Shown in pieces: positions 8,894-17,951 of a DNA stretch of 64,000 nt. The translations under genes and the position numbers were made by a program. Location: NCBI GenBank assembly GCA_028532815.1, contig JAQQAS010000047.1, positions 10,841 through 74,840 of the forward strand, read 5' to 3'. A model generated the notes under the pieces. That model saw only the letters and a list, made by a program, of their open reading frames with translations, was not told the DNA's origin and did not search any database. Positions within the stretch are counted from its first letter, which is position 1. Every line of letters begins with the position of its first letter. The stretch is from Pleomorphochaeta sp. Its GTDB lineage: Bacteria; Spirochaetota; Spirochaetia; Sphaerochaetales; Sphaerochaetaceae.

Positions 8894-11775
8894 TGAATTT
8901 TGTAAAATGTATTATTAATGGGAAAAATATAGACCTAGAATATAAAGAAGGTATGAGTCTTAGAGAAGCATTATTTAATGCAGGCTATAATACAGTAAGA
9001 GATAGTGACAATGCTGAAGGCTTTGCTGGATCAGATACAGTTATTATCGATGATATTCCAGCCTTTAGTAACCTTATTTCTCCTTTACAAGTTGAAGGAA
9101 AAGAAATAAGAACAGCAGAAAGTTTAGGCAATTCTAGAAATGTCAACTTTGTTCAACAAGCAATGATTGATGCAGGTATTGTTCAATCTGCATATAATGC
9201 TCCAGCTGCAGCTCTTCTTTTAACCTGGTTATTAGAACATGTTGAATATCCAACAAAAGAACAAATTAAAGATGTTTTAACTTCTTTATTTATTCGTGAT
9301 GCTGGTTATGAAAATTATTATCTAGCAGTACAATTAGCTACTGAAATTAGAGATTTTGGAAAATATAAAACTAAAATTGCTAAAGAATATAGAGAACAAC
9401 TAAAATATGTTGGTAAAAATATAAGTAAAATTGATGGGGCTTCCTTAGTAGCTGGAGATAAGTGTTTTACTGAAGATAAAGTTACACCTAATGCTCACGC
9501 AATGGTAGTATTAAGATCTCCATATGCTCATGCTTATATTAAAAGCATAGATACATCTGAAGCAGAAAAAGTGCCTGGTGTTGATAAGATTTTTACTCAC
9601 TTAAATACTCCTCAAACTCATTACACTCATGCAGGACAAGGCGCTCCAGAACCATCTCCACACGATAAGAGATTATTTAACGAAAAAGTTAGAATGGTTG
9701 GTGATAGAGTTGCAGCTATCGTAGCTAAAGATAAAGAAACAGCTATGAAAGCTAGAGATTTAATTAAAGTTGAATATGAAGTATTAAAACCTGTTTTAAG
9801 TGTTGAAGAAGCTCAAGCTGAAGATGCTCCTATTATTCACAACAGTAAAATTTCATTTGGTGTTGGTGCTCCCGATAATTTAGATCAATTGAATAAAGAC
9901 TGCGACCCAAGAGATGGTATTGTTCATTATCCTTTCCCAATTCATGCAAATATTAAGAAAAATATTGCATCAGAAGCAAAAGGTCAAATTGGTGATGTAG
10001 ATAAAGCCTTTGAAAATTCAGATTGTGTAATCGAGAGAACCTATCGAACAAACCAAATTCAATGTACACCATTAGAACATTCAGTTTGTTTTGGTAGAAT
10101 TGATTTAGGTAGATTAGTTTTACATACATCAACTCAAGTTCCTTTCCACGTTAGACGTGTTGTAGCTCGACTTTGTGATATTCCACACAATAAAGTTAGA
10201 GTTATTAAAGAAAGAGTAGGTGGTGGTTATGGTTCAAAACAAGATGTTACTGTAGAAGATTTAGTAGGTTATGCAGTATGGGATACTGGTTTAGATATTT
10301 TCTATCAAAATACTAGAGAAGAACAATTCTTAACTTCAGCAACTCGTCACCCAATGAAATTAAAAGTTAAATTAGGTGGAAATAAAGATGGTAAAATAAC
10401 AGCTATTGATATGCTAGTTGAAGCAAATACAGGTTGTTATGGACAACACTGTCTTACAGTTCCTATGAACGCATGTTCTAAAGTACTACCATTATTTAAA
10501 GTAGATAACATGAGATTTGATGTAGTTACCTATTATACAAACATTGCAATGGTTGGAGCTTATCAAGGATATGGTGCACCTAAGGGAACTTATGCAATGA
10601 TGTGTACTATCGCTGAATTAGCTAACGAATTAGGTCTTGATTATCTAGATGTTATTAAGAAAAACCATGTTGAAGAAGGCTATATGCTAGAAATCCTTCG
10701 TGGCCTTGGTGAAGGAAGAGAAGGTAATGTAGTACCTGTTGGTTCTTGTGGATTAGCACAAGCAATTGATGAAGGTGCTAAAATGATAAACTGGAAGAAA
10801 AAAGAAAAATCAGATGATCCTGATTGGAAAGTTGGTAAAGGCTTTGCTATGATCCAACAAGGTTCAGGTCTTCCTGGTTTAGACCACTCAAATGCATGGG
10901 CAAAATTAACAACAGATGGTTCTGTAGAATTATTTAGTGGTGGAGCAGACTTAGGTACAGGTTTAGACACAATTAGTGCTAAAGTAGCTGCAGAAAATTT
11001 AAAAGTTCCTCTAGATAGAGTTACAATAACTAGTGGAGATACTGATTCAACAACATTTGATACAGGTGCATACGCATCTAGTGGTTCATATTTCTCAGGG
11101 AATGCTTCTAGATTAGCTGCTGAAGATTTAGTAAAAGCTATTAAAAAAGAAGCAGCATTCCAAATGGGTGAAAATGAAGCTGATTTATATCTAGATTATC
11201 CTGGAAAAGTTGTAAGTAGCAAAACTGGTGCTGAACTAGATTATGGTACAATGTGTCACACAGCTCTTTCTGGTACAGGTAATGGTCAAATTATGGGAAA
11301 AGGATCATTTACAACTATGGTAAATTCTATTCCTTACGGTGCCCATTTTGCTCAAGTTGCAGTTAATGTTAAAACAGGTGAAGTTAAAGTCCAAAAATTC
11401 TATGCATTACAAGATGCAGGAACTCCAATTAATCCTGAATTAGCTGAATGTCAAATTTATGGAGCTGCATTAAAATCAATTGGACACTCTTTATATGAAG
11501 GTATTGAATATGATAAAGATGTTAATCCACTGAATGCTAATTTCACAGACTATTGTCCCCCAATGATTAACGAAATGCCAGAAGACTTTAAGGTTAAATT
11601 AATTGATATTGATGATGATGAAGGTCCTTATGGCGCTAAATCTATATCAGAAATTGCAACTAATGGAGCGGCTCCTGCAATAGCAATTGCTATCCATGAT
11701 GCAGTTGGTGTTTGGTGTAGAAGCTGGCCTTTTACTTCAGAAAAAATTCTAAGAGAAATGGGCAAAATAAAATAA
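8893..11775 (+). CDS. xdhD: XdhD/YgfN-like molybdopterin-binding hydroxylase large subunit (probable selenium-dependent purine hydroxylase)
   Basis: 960 aa. Motifs RTAESLG, VQQAMIDAGIVQSAYNAPAAALL, KERVGGGYGSKQD, GAYQGYGAPKG and GAKSISEIATNGAAPAIA. Length and the cysteine-free N-terminal domain match my recollection of E. coli XdhD. AGGAGG RBS. Confidence 0.8.
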   Translation: MNFVKCIINGKNIDLEYKEGMSLREALFNAGYNTVRDSDNAEGFAGSDTVIIDDIPAFSNLISPLQVEGKEIRTAESLGNSRNVNFVQQAMIDAGIVQSAYNAPAAALLLTWLLEHVEYPTKEQIKDVLTSLFIRDAGYENYYLAVQLATEIRDFGKYKTKIAKEYREQLKYVGKNISKIDGASLVAGDKCFTEDKVTPNAHAMVVLRSPYAHAYIKSIDTSEAEKVPGVDKIFTHLNTPQTHYTHAGQGAPEPSPHDKRLFNEKVRMVGDRVAAIVAKDKETAMKARDLIKVEYEVLKPVLSVEEAQAEDAPIIHNSKISFGVGAPDNLDQLNKDCDPRDGIVHYPFPIHANIKKNIASEAKGQIGDVDKAFENSDCVIERTYRTNQIQCTPLEHSVCFGRIDLGRLVLHTSTQVPFHVRRVVARLCDIPHNKVRVIKERVGGGYGSKQDVTVEDLVGYAVWDTGLDIFYQNTREEQFLTSATRHPMKLKVKLGGNKDGKITAIDMLVEANTGCYGQHCLTVPMNACSKVLPLFKVDNMRFDVVTYYTNIAMVGAYQGYGAPKGTYAMMCTIAELANELGLDYLDVIKKNHVEEGYMLEILRGLGEGREGNVVPVGSCGLAQAIDEGAKMINWKKKEKSDDPDWKVGKGFAMIQQGSGLPGLDHSNAWAKLTTDGSVELFSGGADLGTGLDTISAKVAAENLKVPLDRVTITSGDTDSTTFDTGAYASSGSYFSGNASRLAAEDLVKAIKKEAAFQMGENEADLYLDYPGKVVSSKTGAELDYGTMCHTALSGTGNGQIMGKGSFTTMVNSIPYGAHFAQVAVNVKTGEVKVQKFYALQDAGTPINPELAECQIYGAALKSIGHSLYEGIEYDKDVNPLNANFTDYCPPMINEMPEDFKVKLIDIDDDEGPYGAKSISEIATNGAAPAIAIAIHDAVGVWCRSWPFTSEKILREMGKIK

Positions 11776-11780
11776 AAATA

Positions 11781-11797
11781 TTGCAACAAAATGCAAC
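11781..11797. promoter_or_regulatory. Second copy of the TTGCAAC-N3/4-TGCAAC motif (TTGCAACAAAATGCAAC)
   Basis: 16/17 identical to the reverse complement of 641-657. It ends 8 nt before the ygeW -35 box. Confidence 0.5.
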
Positions 11798-11805
11798 AAA
11801 AAAAC

Positions 11806-11841
11806 TTTACAAGGGTGAGTGTACATGATATAGTACACTCA
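11806..11841 (+). promoter_or_regulatory. ygeW promoter (TTTACA-17-TATAGT) overlapped by a perfect 9-bp inverted repeat TGAGTGTAC-N8-GTACACTCA
   Basis: -35 at 11806-11811 and -10 at 11829-11834. Inverted-repeat arms at 11816-11824 and 11833-11841. Confidence 0.5.
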
Positions 11842-11871
11842 TTCAAACAACTAATCTAAGGAGAGTCTCTT

Positions 11872-13074
11872 ATGAAAAAAGATAAGGCTTTAATTGAGCA
11901 AATGATTAAAGAGCTTGGTGCTCTTGATACAAAAAACATGTACCTAAATGATTTCTTCCATACTTGGAAAGAAAGTGACGATGAAATCGACGCAGTATTC
12001 AAGGTTGCGGAGATTCTTCGTGGTCTAAGAGAAAATAACATTTCTACAAAAGTATTTGATAGCGGACTAGCTATTTCAATCTTCCGTGATAATTCTACAA
12101 GAACTCGTTTCTCTTTCTCAAGTGCATGTAACCTATTAGGTTTAGAAGTACAAGATCTAGATGAAAAGAAAAGCCAAATCGCACACGGTGAAACTGTTCG
12201 TGAAACAGCAAACATGATTAGCTTCATGGCTGATGTTATCGGTATTAGAGATGATATGTATATTGGTAAAGGACATACTTACCAAAAGAACGTTGCACAA
12301 GCTGTACAAGAAGGTTTTGATGATGATGTATTAGAACAAAGACCAACTCTTGTAAACCTACAATGTGATATTGACCACCCAACACAATCAATGGCTGATA
12401 TGCTTCATGTTATCAATGAATTTGGTGGTGTTGAAAACCTAAAAGGTAAAAAAGTTGCAATGACTTGGGCATACAGTCCTTCTTATGGTAAACCTTTATC
12501 TGTTCCTCAAGGTATTATCGGTCTATTCACTAGATTTGGTATGGACGTTGTCCTAGCTCATCCAGAAGGCTATGATGTAATGCCAGAAGTTGAAGAAGTA
12601 GCTGCAGAAAACGCTAAAAAGAGCGGTGGTTCTTATAAAAAAGTTAACTCAATGGAAGAAGCTTTCAAAGATGCTGACATTGTTTATCCAAAAAGTTGGG
12701 CTCCATTCCATATCATGGAAGAAAGAACTAAACTTGTTGAAGAAAAGAAATTTGATGAACTTGATGTACTAGAACAAAAATGTCTTGAAAACAATGCTAA
12801 ATTCAAAGATTGGGCTTGTACTGAAGATATGATGAAATTAACAAAAGATGGTAAAGCATTATACATGCACTGTCTACCAGCTGATATCACAGGTGTATCT
12901 TGTGAAGAAGGTGAGGTTGATGCATCAGTATTTGATAAATACATCGTTCCTTTATACAAAGAAGCAAGTTATAAACCTTATATCATTGCAGCAATGATTT
13001 TCTTAGCAAAATTCGAAAATCCTAGTGCAAAACTTGATGAATTATATAAAGCAGCAATTAAGAGAATTAAATAA
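11872..13074 (+). CDS. ygeW: YgeW-like carbamoyltransferase (aspartate/ornithine carbamoyltransferase superfamily, unknown substrate)
   Basis: 400 aa. Motifs STRTRFSF, HPTQSMAD and HCLPADITG. Length and context match E. coli YgeW. Confidence 0.8.
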   Translation: MKKDKALIEQMIKELGALDTKNMYLNDFFHTWKESDDEIDAVFKVAEILRGLRENNISTKVFDSGLAISIFRDNSTRTRFSFSSACNLLGLEVQDLDEKKSQIAHGETVRETANMISFMADVIGIRDDMYIGKGHTYQKNVAQAVQEGFDDDVLEQRPTLVNLQCDIDHPTQSMADMLHVINEFGGVENLKGKKVAMTWAYSPSYGKPLSVPQGIIGLFTRFGMDVVLAHPEGYDVMPEVEEVAAENAKKSGGSYKKVNSMEEAFKDADIVYPKSWAPFHIMEERTKLVEEKKFDELDVLEQKCLENNAKFKDWACTEDMMKLTKDGKALYMHCLPADITGVSCEEGEVDASVFDKYIVPLYKEASYKPYIIAAMIFLAKFENPSAKLDELYKAAIKRIK

Positions 13075-13091
13075 TTTATTTGTAATTTATT

Positions 13092-13121
13092 AGTCGGTCA
13101 TTTTTGGCCGGCTTTTTTTTT
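13092..13121 (+). terminator. Rho-independent terminator after ygeW
   Basis: AGTCGG / CCGGCT stem (one G-T pair), 10-nt loop, then a run of 9 T. Confidence 0.6.
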
Positions 13122-13172
13122 AGACTTTTAAGAAAAGTATAAATCTGTTATATTATCCATATGAGGTACTAT

Positions 13173-14231
13173 ATGAAGAAAATTAATAAAACCATAAGAT
13201 TCTCTTTATTAATTTTTTCATTATGCCTATTTATAAGCTGTGAATTATTTTATGAACAAAGTCCAGGTAGAATAATATTAATTGGAGTTGGCTTAGACTA
13301 TATTGGAGAAGATGAATCTAGTACTTCTGATATAAATGGCAATGCAGCATTAGAAAATCCTCCAAATGATATTAGAGAAATAGCCTATGCTCTTTCAACT
13401 TTGGCAAGTCAAAGTGAGAAAACATTTGTTTATATACCTTTTATTCAGCAACATACTATTGATGATATACCGGAATCAAACTATCCAAATAAAGATAATT
13501 TACAGAAATTATTTGATGAGTTAAAAAATAATAATGATATAAGTGCAAATGTTTATGATGGCAATTTTGATAAGAGTGAATATAATTTAACTTCTGAATA
13601 TTCAACTTTTGGAAACGAGATAACATCTATTGATAATCTTAGTGAGAATGATATATTAATTTTTTACTATAGTGGTCATGGAGATCAAACCAATGATGGA
13701 GATTTAAGACTTCCAGAAGATAAAGATGAACAAGTTAGGGAATCTATTCCTCTTTCCTTCTTATCTGAAAACCTAAATTCATTAAATTGTACTGTACTAA
13801 CAGTTTTAGACTCCTGTGGCAGTGGGTCCTTTATTGAAAAAAGTAATTATTCAGTGAATACTATAACAACAAGTTTTGTTGATACCATTCCTGAGCTTTA
13901 TGAAACGTTTTTTACTAGTAGTGATGATAATTCTTCAACTTCAGATTTGTATGCAATGGTTTCAACTAGAGCCGGTGAATTATCTTTTGATACAAGTAGT
14001 TTGGATGTTAATCATCCTAATAGTATTTTCTCCTATTATTTTTTAAGAGCATTAGGGTATGAAAATGATAGTGAAAGTGAAATCGGATATGTAAATGAAA
14101 ATATTCCGTCTTTAAGTAAAGATCGTATCTCTATTGATTCAATTTATGATTATATAATTGATAATATAAGTAGAGAAGAGCCACTGATAAATGGCGGTAG
14201 AAATAGTTTAGTTTTGTTTAATTTAAATTAA
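13173..14231 (+). CDS. Caspase-fold (peptidase C14, orthocaspase-like) lipoprotein
   Basis: Signal peptide with lipobox LFISC. Catalytic dyad motifs FYYSGHGD and VLDSCGSG. GAGG lies 7 nt before the ATG at 13173, so this start is preferred over the tracked 13161. Confidence 0.7.
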   Translation: MKKINKTIRFSLLIFSLCLFISCELFYEQSPGRIILIGVGLDYIGEDESSTSDINGNAALENPPNDIREIAYALSTLASQSEKTFVYIPFIQQHTIDDIPESNYPNKDNLQKLFDELKNNNDISANVYDGNFDKSEYNLTSEYSTFGNEITSIDNLSENDILIFYYSGHGDQTNDGDLRLPEDKDEQVRESIPLSFLSENLNSLNCTVLTVLDSCGSGSFIEKSNYSVNTITTSFVDTIPELYETFFTSSDDNSSTSDLYAMVSTRAGELSFDTSSLDVNHPNSIFSYYFLRALGYENDSESEIGYVNENIPSLSKDRISIDSIYDYIIDNISREEPLINGGRNSLVLFNLN

Positions 14232-14351
14232 TAGATGTACTGAAATATCTTTATTTTATTTACAAAATTGAATAAACATTATAAAGTGTTTAATAAGTAA
14301 CAATCAATATATTTACTTATTTCAGATAATATTGGCAAAAAGGGGTATCTT

Positions 14352-16004
14352 TTGGGCAAGCGTTTAATCCTAGTTGTTGACGATAATAAAATTAACCGAA
14401 CGTTATTAACAAGAATATTATCACATGAATATCGAGTTTATGGTGTGGAAAATGGTTTGCAAGCTCTTGAGTATTTAAAAGAGTATTGTGGAGAGGTTTC
14501 TGCTATACTATTAGATTTAAATATGCCAATATTAAATGGATATGAATTCCTTGAGGAGAGAAATAAGTACCTTCCTCTTTGTAATATCCCAATAATTGTA
14601 CAAACAACACATAGCGGATTAGATGCCGAAATTGCTTGTTTAGAAATGGGCGCAACTGATTTTTTAACAAAACCCTATAGTCCAAAAGTTATTTTAAGAC
14701 GATTAAAAAATATTATAATGCTAAGAGAAAATGAAAATTTTATTACTGCTGTTCAGCATGACTCCTTAACAAATTTATTGAATAAAGAAGGTTTTTATGT
14801 AAAAGCAAGTAAGGCTTTAAATGAAAATTTAGATACTAAATATTTACTTTTATGTATTGATATAGTTCAATTTAAAGTTATAAATCAATTTGCCGGTTAT
14901 CAAAATGGTGATAAGGTATTAATTTTTGTTTCTGAGATTTTAAAAGAGTTATTTAATGAGAATGCTCTTATTGCACGTTTTACAGGAGATAGGTTTCAAG
15001 CCTTAGTGCCATATCCTATAGATGAGCAATATATTGATGATACGATTGCTGATTATAAACGTAACCCTCCCGTTGATTTTCCTCTTAGTATCCAATTTGG
15101 CATATATGAAATACAAGATAGATCTATCCCGCTTGCTACAATGTGTGATTGGTCGAAAATGGCGTTAACCCCAATTAAAGGCCGCTATAAAATTTATTTT
15201 TCGACCTTTACTGAAGATATGAACAAAAGGCTACAAAAAGAACAACTCATTGTCTCTCAAATGGATGAAGCTGTATCTCAAGAACAATTTATTGTTTATT
15301 ATCAACCTAAATGGGATATTTGTAAAAATGAAATAATTGGTGCTGAAGCTTTAGTTAGATGGATTCATCCTAAATATGGATTTATGAGCCCTGGCGATTT
15401 TATTCCTATATTTGAGAAAAATGGATTTATATCAAAGCTTGATTTATATGTTTGGGAAGAAGTTTGTAGGCAAACTAGAGAATGGCTTGATAAAGGGTTT
15501 AAAGCTATTCCCATTTCTGTAAATGTTTCTAGAAATGATATTTATAGCAAAGATTTGATTGATAATCTAACTGCTCTAATATCAAAATATAAATTAGATG
15601 CAAGCAATATTCATTTAGAGATTACAGAAACAGCTTATTCTCAATCTCAAGAGCAATTAACTGATGTAGTTAAACAGTTATCAGATAATGGCTTTGTTAT
15701 TGAGATGGATGATTTTGGTTCTGGGTATTCTTCTCTAAATATGTTAAGTGAAGTGCCCGTGGATATTATCAAATTAGATTTACTATTCTTGAATAAAAAA
15801 TCTGCTGATTCAAAGAATAATAAGAGTATATTAAAACTCATTGTGAATATTGCAAGGGAATTAAATTTAGATTTAATAGCTGAAGGTGTTGAAACTGAAG
15901 ACGATTTAGAAAGTCTAAAAGAAATAGGTTGTAATAAAGCTCAAGGTTATTATTATGCTAAACCTATGAATGCAAAAGACTTTGAGAAAATGTTAAAGTC
16001 TTAA
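14352..16004 (+). CDS. Response-regulator receiver + degenerate GGDEF + EAL protein (probable c-di-GMP phosphodiesterase)
   Basis: TTG start with AGGGG RBS. REC motifs VVDDN and LLDLNMP. The GGDEF position reads TGDRF. EAL motifs EALVRW, EITE, DDFGSGYSSL, EGVET and QGYYYAKP. Confidence 0.85.
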   Translation: MGKRLILVVDDNKINRTLLTRILSHEYRVYGVENGLQALEYLKEYCGEVSAILLDLNMPILNGYEFLEERNKYLPLCNIPIIVQTTHSGLDAEIACLEMGATDFLTKPYSPKVILRRLKNIIMLRENENFITAVQHDSLTNLLNKEGFYVKASKALNENLDTKYLLLCIDIVQFKVINQFAGYQNGDKVLIFVSEILKELFNENALIARFTGDRFQALVPYPIDEQYIDDTIADYKRNPPVDFPLSIQFGIYEIQDRSIPLATMCDWSKMALTPIKGRYKIYFSTFTEDMNKRLQKEQLIVSQMDEAVSQEQFIVYYQPKWDICKNEIIGAEALVRWIHPKYGFMSPGDFIPIFEKNGFISKLDLYVWEEVCRQTREWLDKGFKAIPISVNVSRNDIYSKDLIDNLTALISKYKLDASNIHLEITETAYSQSQEQLTDVVKQLSDNGFVIEMDDFGSGYSSLNMLSEVPVDIIKLDLLFLNKKSADSKNNKSILKLIVNIARELNLDLIAEGVETEDDLESLKEIGCNKAQGYYYAKPMNAKDFEKMLKS

Positions 16005-17866
16005 GCTTCTTCTTTTTCAAGAAGTTCTAACCATGTAGTCTCTAAAACCTCTAATTCTTCTTTCTTTTGTTCATATAGCTTGGTTCTTTCTTCTAAAGTA
16101 CCTAAGTGAGTACTCTCTATTGTGTTGAAGCTTTCTTCTAATTCATTAATTAAATTTTCAGTATCTTCGATTTTATCTGGTAAATTTTCAAGTTCTTTCT
16201 TTTCTTTAAAAGTTAAGCCTTTTTTCTTTTTTTTATTTCCCTTGGTGTAATTGTTATTCTCTTTAGGTTTAGCCGTTTTTTCTTCAATAAGCTGTGATGA
16301 TGAATATTGAGTATAATTGCCGGCAAATTGAGTGATTTGATGATCTTTAATAATTAATAAATAATCACATGTTCTATCTAAAAAAGCTCTATCGTGGGAT
16401 ACTATTATGCTACAGCCAAAGAAATCTTCAATATATTTTTCAAGGTTTTCGATAGTTTCAACATCTAAATCATTAGTTGGTTCGTCCAATATTAGAAAGT
16501 TTGGGTTTTTCATTAATTGAGAGAGTAGGTATAATCTTCTTCTCTGTCCACCTGATAAAGTGGAGATTGGGAGTCGGTGAAGTTTTGTTGGAAAGTTAAA
16601 AAGTTCAAGGAATCTAGCAGCAGAAACTTCATTCTTTTTTGATAGTACTATTCTATCTGAAATATCTTCAACATATTCTAAAACTGTTTTGTTGCTAGTA
16701 AGGTTTCTCCCTATTTGGTCGTAATATCCAAAAACAGTATTAACTCCGATATCTACAATACCACTATCGCTTTCAATGTGATTGGTTAGAACATCTAAAA
16801 GAGTTGATTTACCACTACCATTTTCTCCAATAATTCCAATTCTCATATCTTTTGTAAAAGAAAAAGTAAAATCTTTAAAGATTAAATTATCCTTAAAGGA
16901 TTTAGAGATGTTTTTCACATCAAGAATCTTTTTACCAATGTATCTTGTATTAGAAGAGAAGTTATTTTGCTCCTTTTCTCCAACATTTCTTTGCTCGCAT
17001 TGCATATCTTTAATTCTATCTATTCTGTTTCCATCTTTAGATGTTCTAGCCTGTGGCCCTCTTTTAAGCCATTCTAATTCTCTTTTTAAAATAGTAGAAA
17101 GTCTATCTTGGTATTTTCTTTCATCAATGAGTCTTTTAGCTTTTCTTTCTAAATATTCATTATAGTTACCTGGATGAACAAAAATTTGTGAGTTATATAA
17201 TTCAATTATTTTATTACAAACAGCGTTTAAAAAATATCTATCGTGAGTTACAACAATTATAGTCATTGTGCTAGCTGCTAAATATCTTTGTAGCCATTCA
17301 ATTGTTTTTATGTCTAGATGGTTAGTAGGTTCATCTAAAAATAGAATATCTGGTTTATTACAAAGGACCCTTGCAATCGCTACTTTTTTTCTCATACCAC
17401 CAGAAAGGGTTTTCATTAATTTATCATTTATATCATATAGACCAAGTTCCCCAAGGATTGATGAAAATTCATTTTCTAATCCCCAAATATTATCTTTATC
17501 TAGCAAAAGAGTAATCTGTGCAATCTTGTTTTCATTTGCAATTGGATCTTCTAAGAGCTTATAATAATCTTTTAATAATTTAAATCTAGAGCCCTCAGAA
17601 CTGTAGAAAAAATCTAAAACAGTATCATTTTCATCGTATGTAACTATTTGTTCAAGAAAGCCAATTTCAGTTTCATTCATAGTTGAAATTAAACCTTCAT
17701 CTTTTTCAATTTTTTTAGAAAGAACCTTTAATAAAGTGCTTTTTCCTTGGCCATTATTTCCAATTAATCCAACACGATCATATTTATCAAGGCCAAAAGA
17801 AATATTTTCAAATAATGGTTCATCATTTAAGGTTAGTGATAGGTTTTCAACAGATAGAATATTCAT
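16001..17866 (-). CDS. ABC-F family ATPase (Uup-like, two ABC cassettes plus a C-terminal coiled coil)
   Basis: Two Walker A motifs (GNNGQGKST, GENGSGKST). Two signatures (LSGGMRKK, LSGGQRRR). Lys/Glu-rich tail and no membrane domain. Confidence 0.85.
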   Translation of the reverse strand: MNILSVENLSLTLNDEPLFENISFGLDKYDRVGLIGNNGQGKSTLLKVLSKKIEKDEGLISTMNETEIGFLEQIVTYDENDTVLDFFYSSEGSRFKLLKDYYKLLEDPIANENKIAQITLLLDKDNIWGLENEFSSILGELGLYDINDKLMKTLSGGMRKKVAIARVLCNKPDILFLDEPTNHLDIKTIEWLQRYLAASTMTIIVVTHDRYFLNAVCNKIIELYNSQIFVHPGNYNEYLERKAKRLIDERKYQDRLSTILKRELEWLKRGPQARTSKDGNRIDRIKDMQCEQRNVGEKEQNNFSSNTRYIGKKILDVKNISKSFKDNLIFKDFTFSFTKDMRIGIIGENGSGKSTLLDVLTNHIESDSGIVDIGVNTVFGYYDQIGRNLTSNKTVLEYVEDISDRIVLSKKNEVSAARFLELFNFPTKLHRLPISTLSGGQRRRLYLLSQLMKNPNFLILDEPTNDLDVETIENLEKYIEDFFGCSIIVSHDRAFLDRTCDYLLIIKDHQITQFAGNYTQYSSSQLIEEKTAKPKENNNYTKGNKKKKKGLTFKEKKELENLPDKIEDTENLINELEESFNTIESTHLGTLEERTKLYEQKKEELEVLETTWLELLEKEEA

Positions 17867-17951
17867 ATGGCAAAGAGTATATTATCATAAAAACCTTTTC
17901 AACTAGTTTAGTTCGTTGACCGATAAAATATTTTACTGTTAATATGCATTT

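Noticed and set aside
16001-16004. Convergent genes sharing overlapping stop codons in a TTAA tetranucleotide. The same arrangement occurs at 44433-44436 between the ROK gene and pepF.
   Set aside because: This is real but is a common consequence of genome compaction. No hairpin or other signal suggests a special mechanism.
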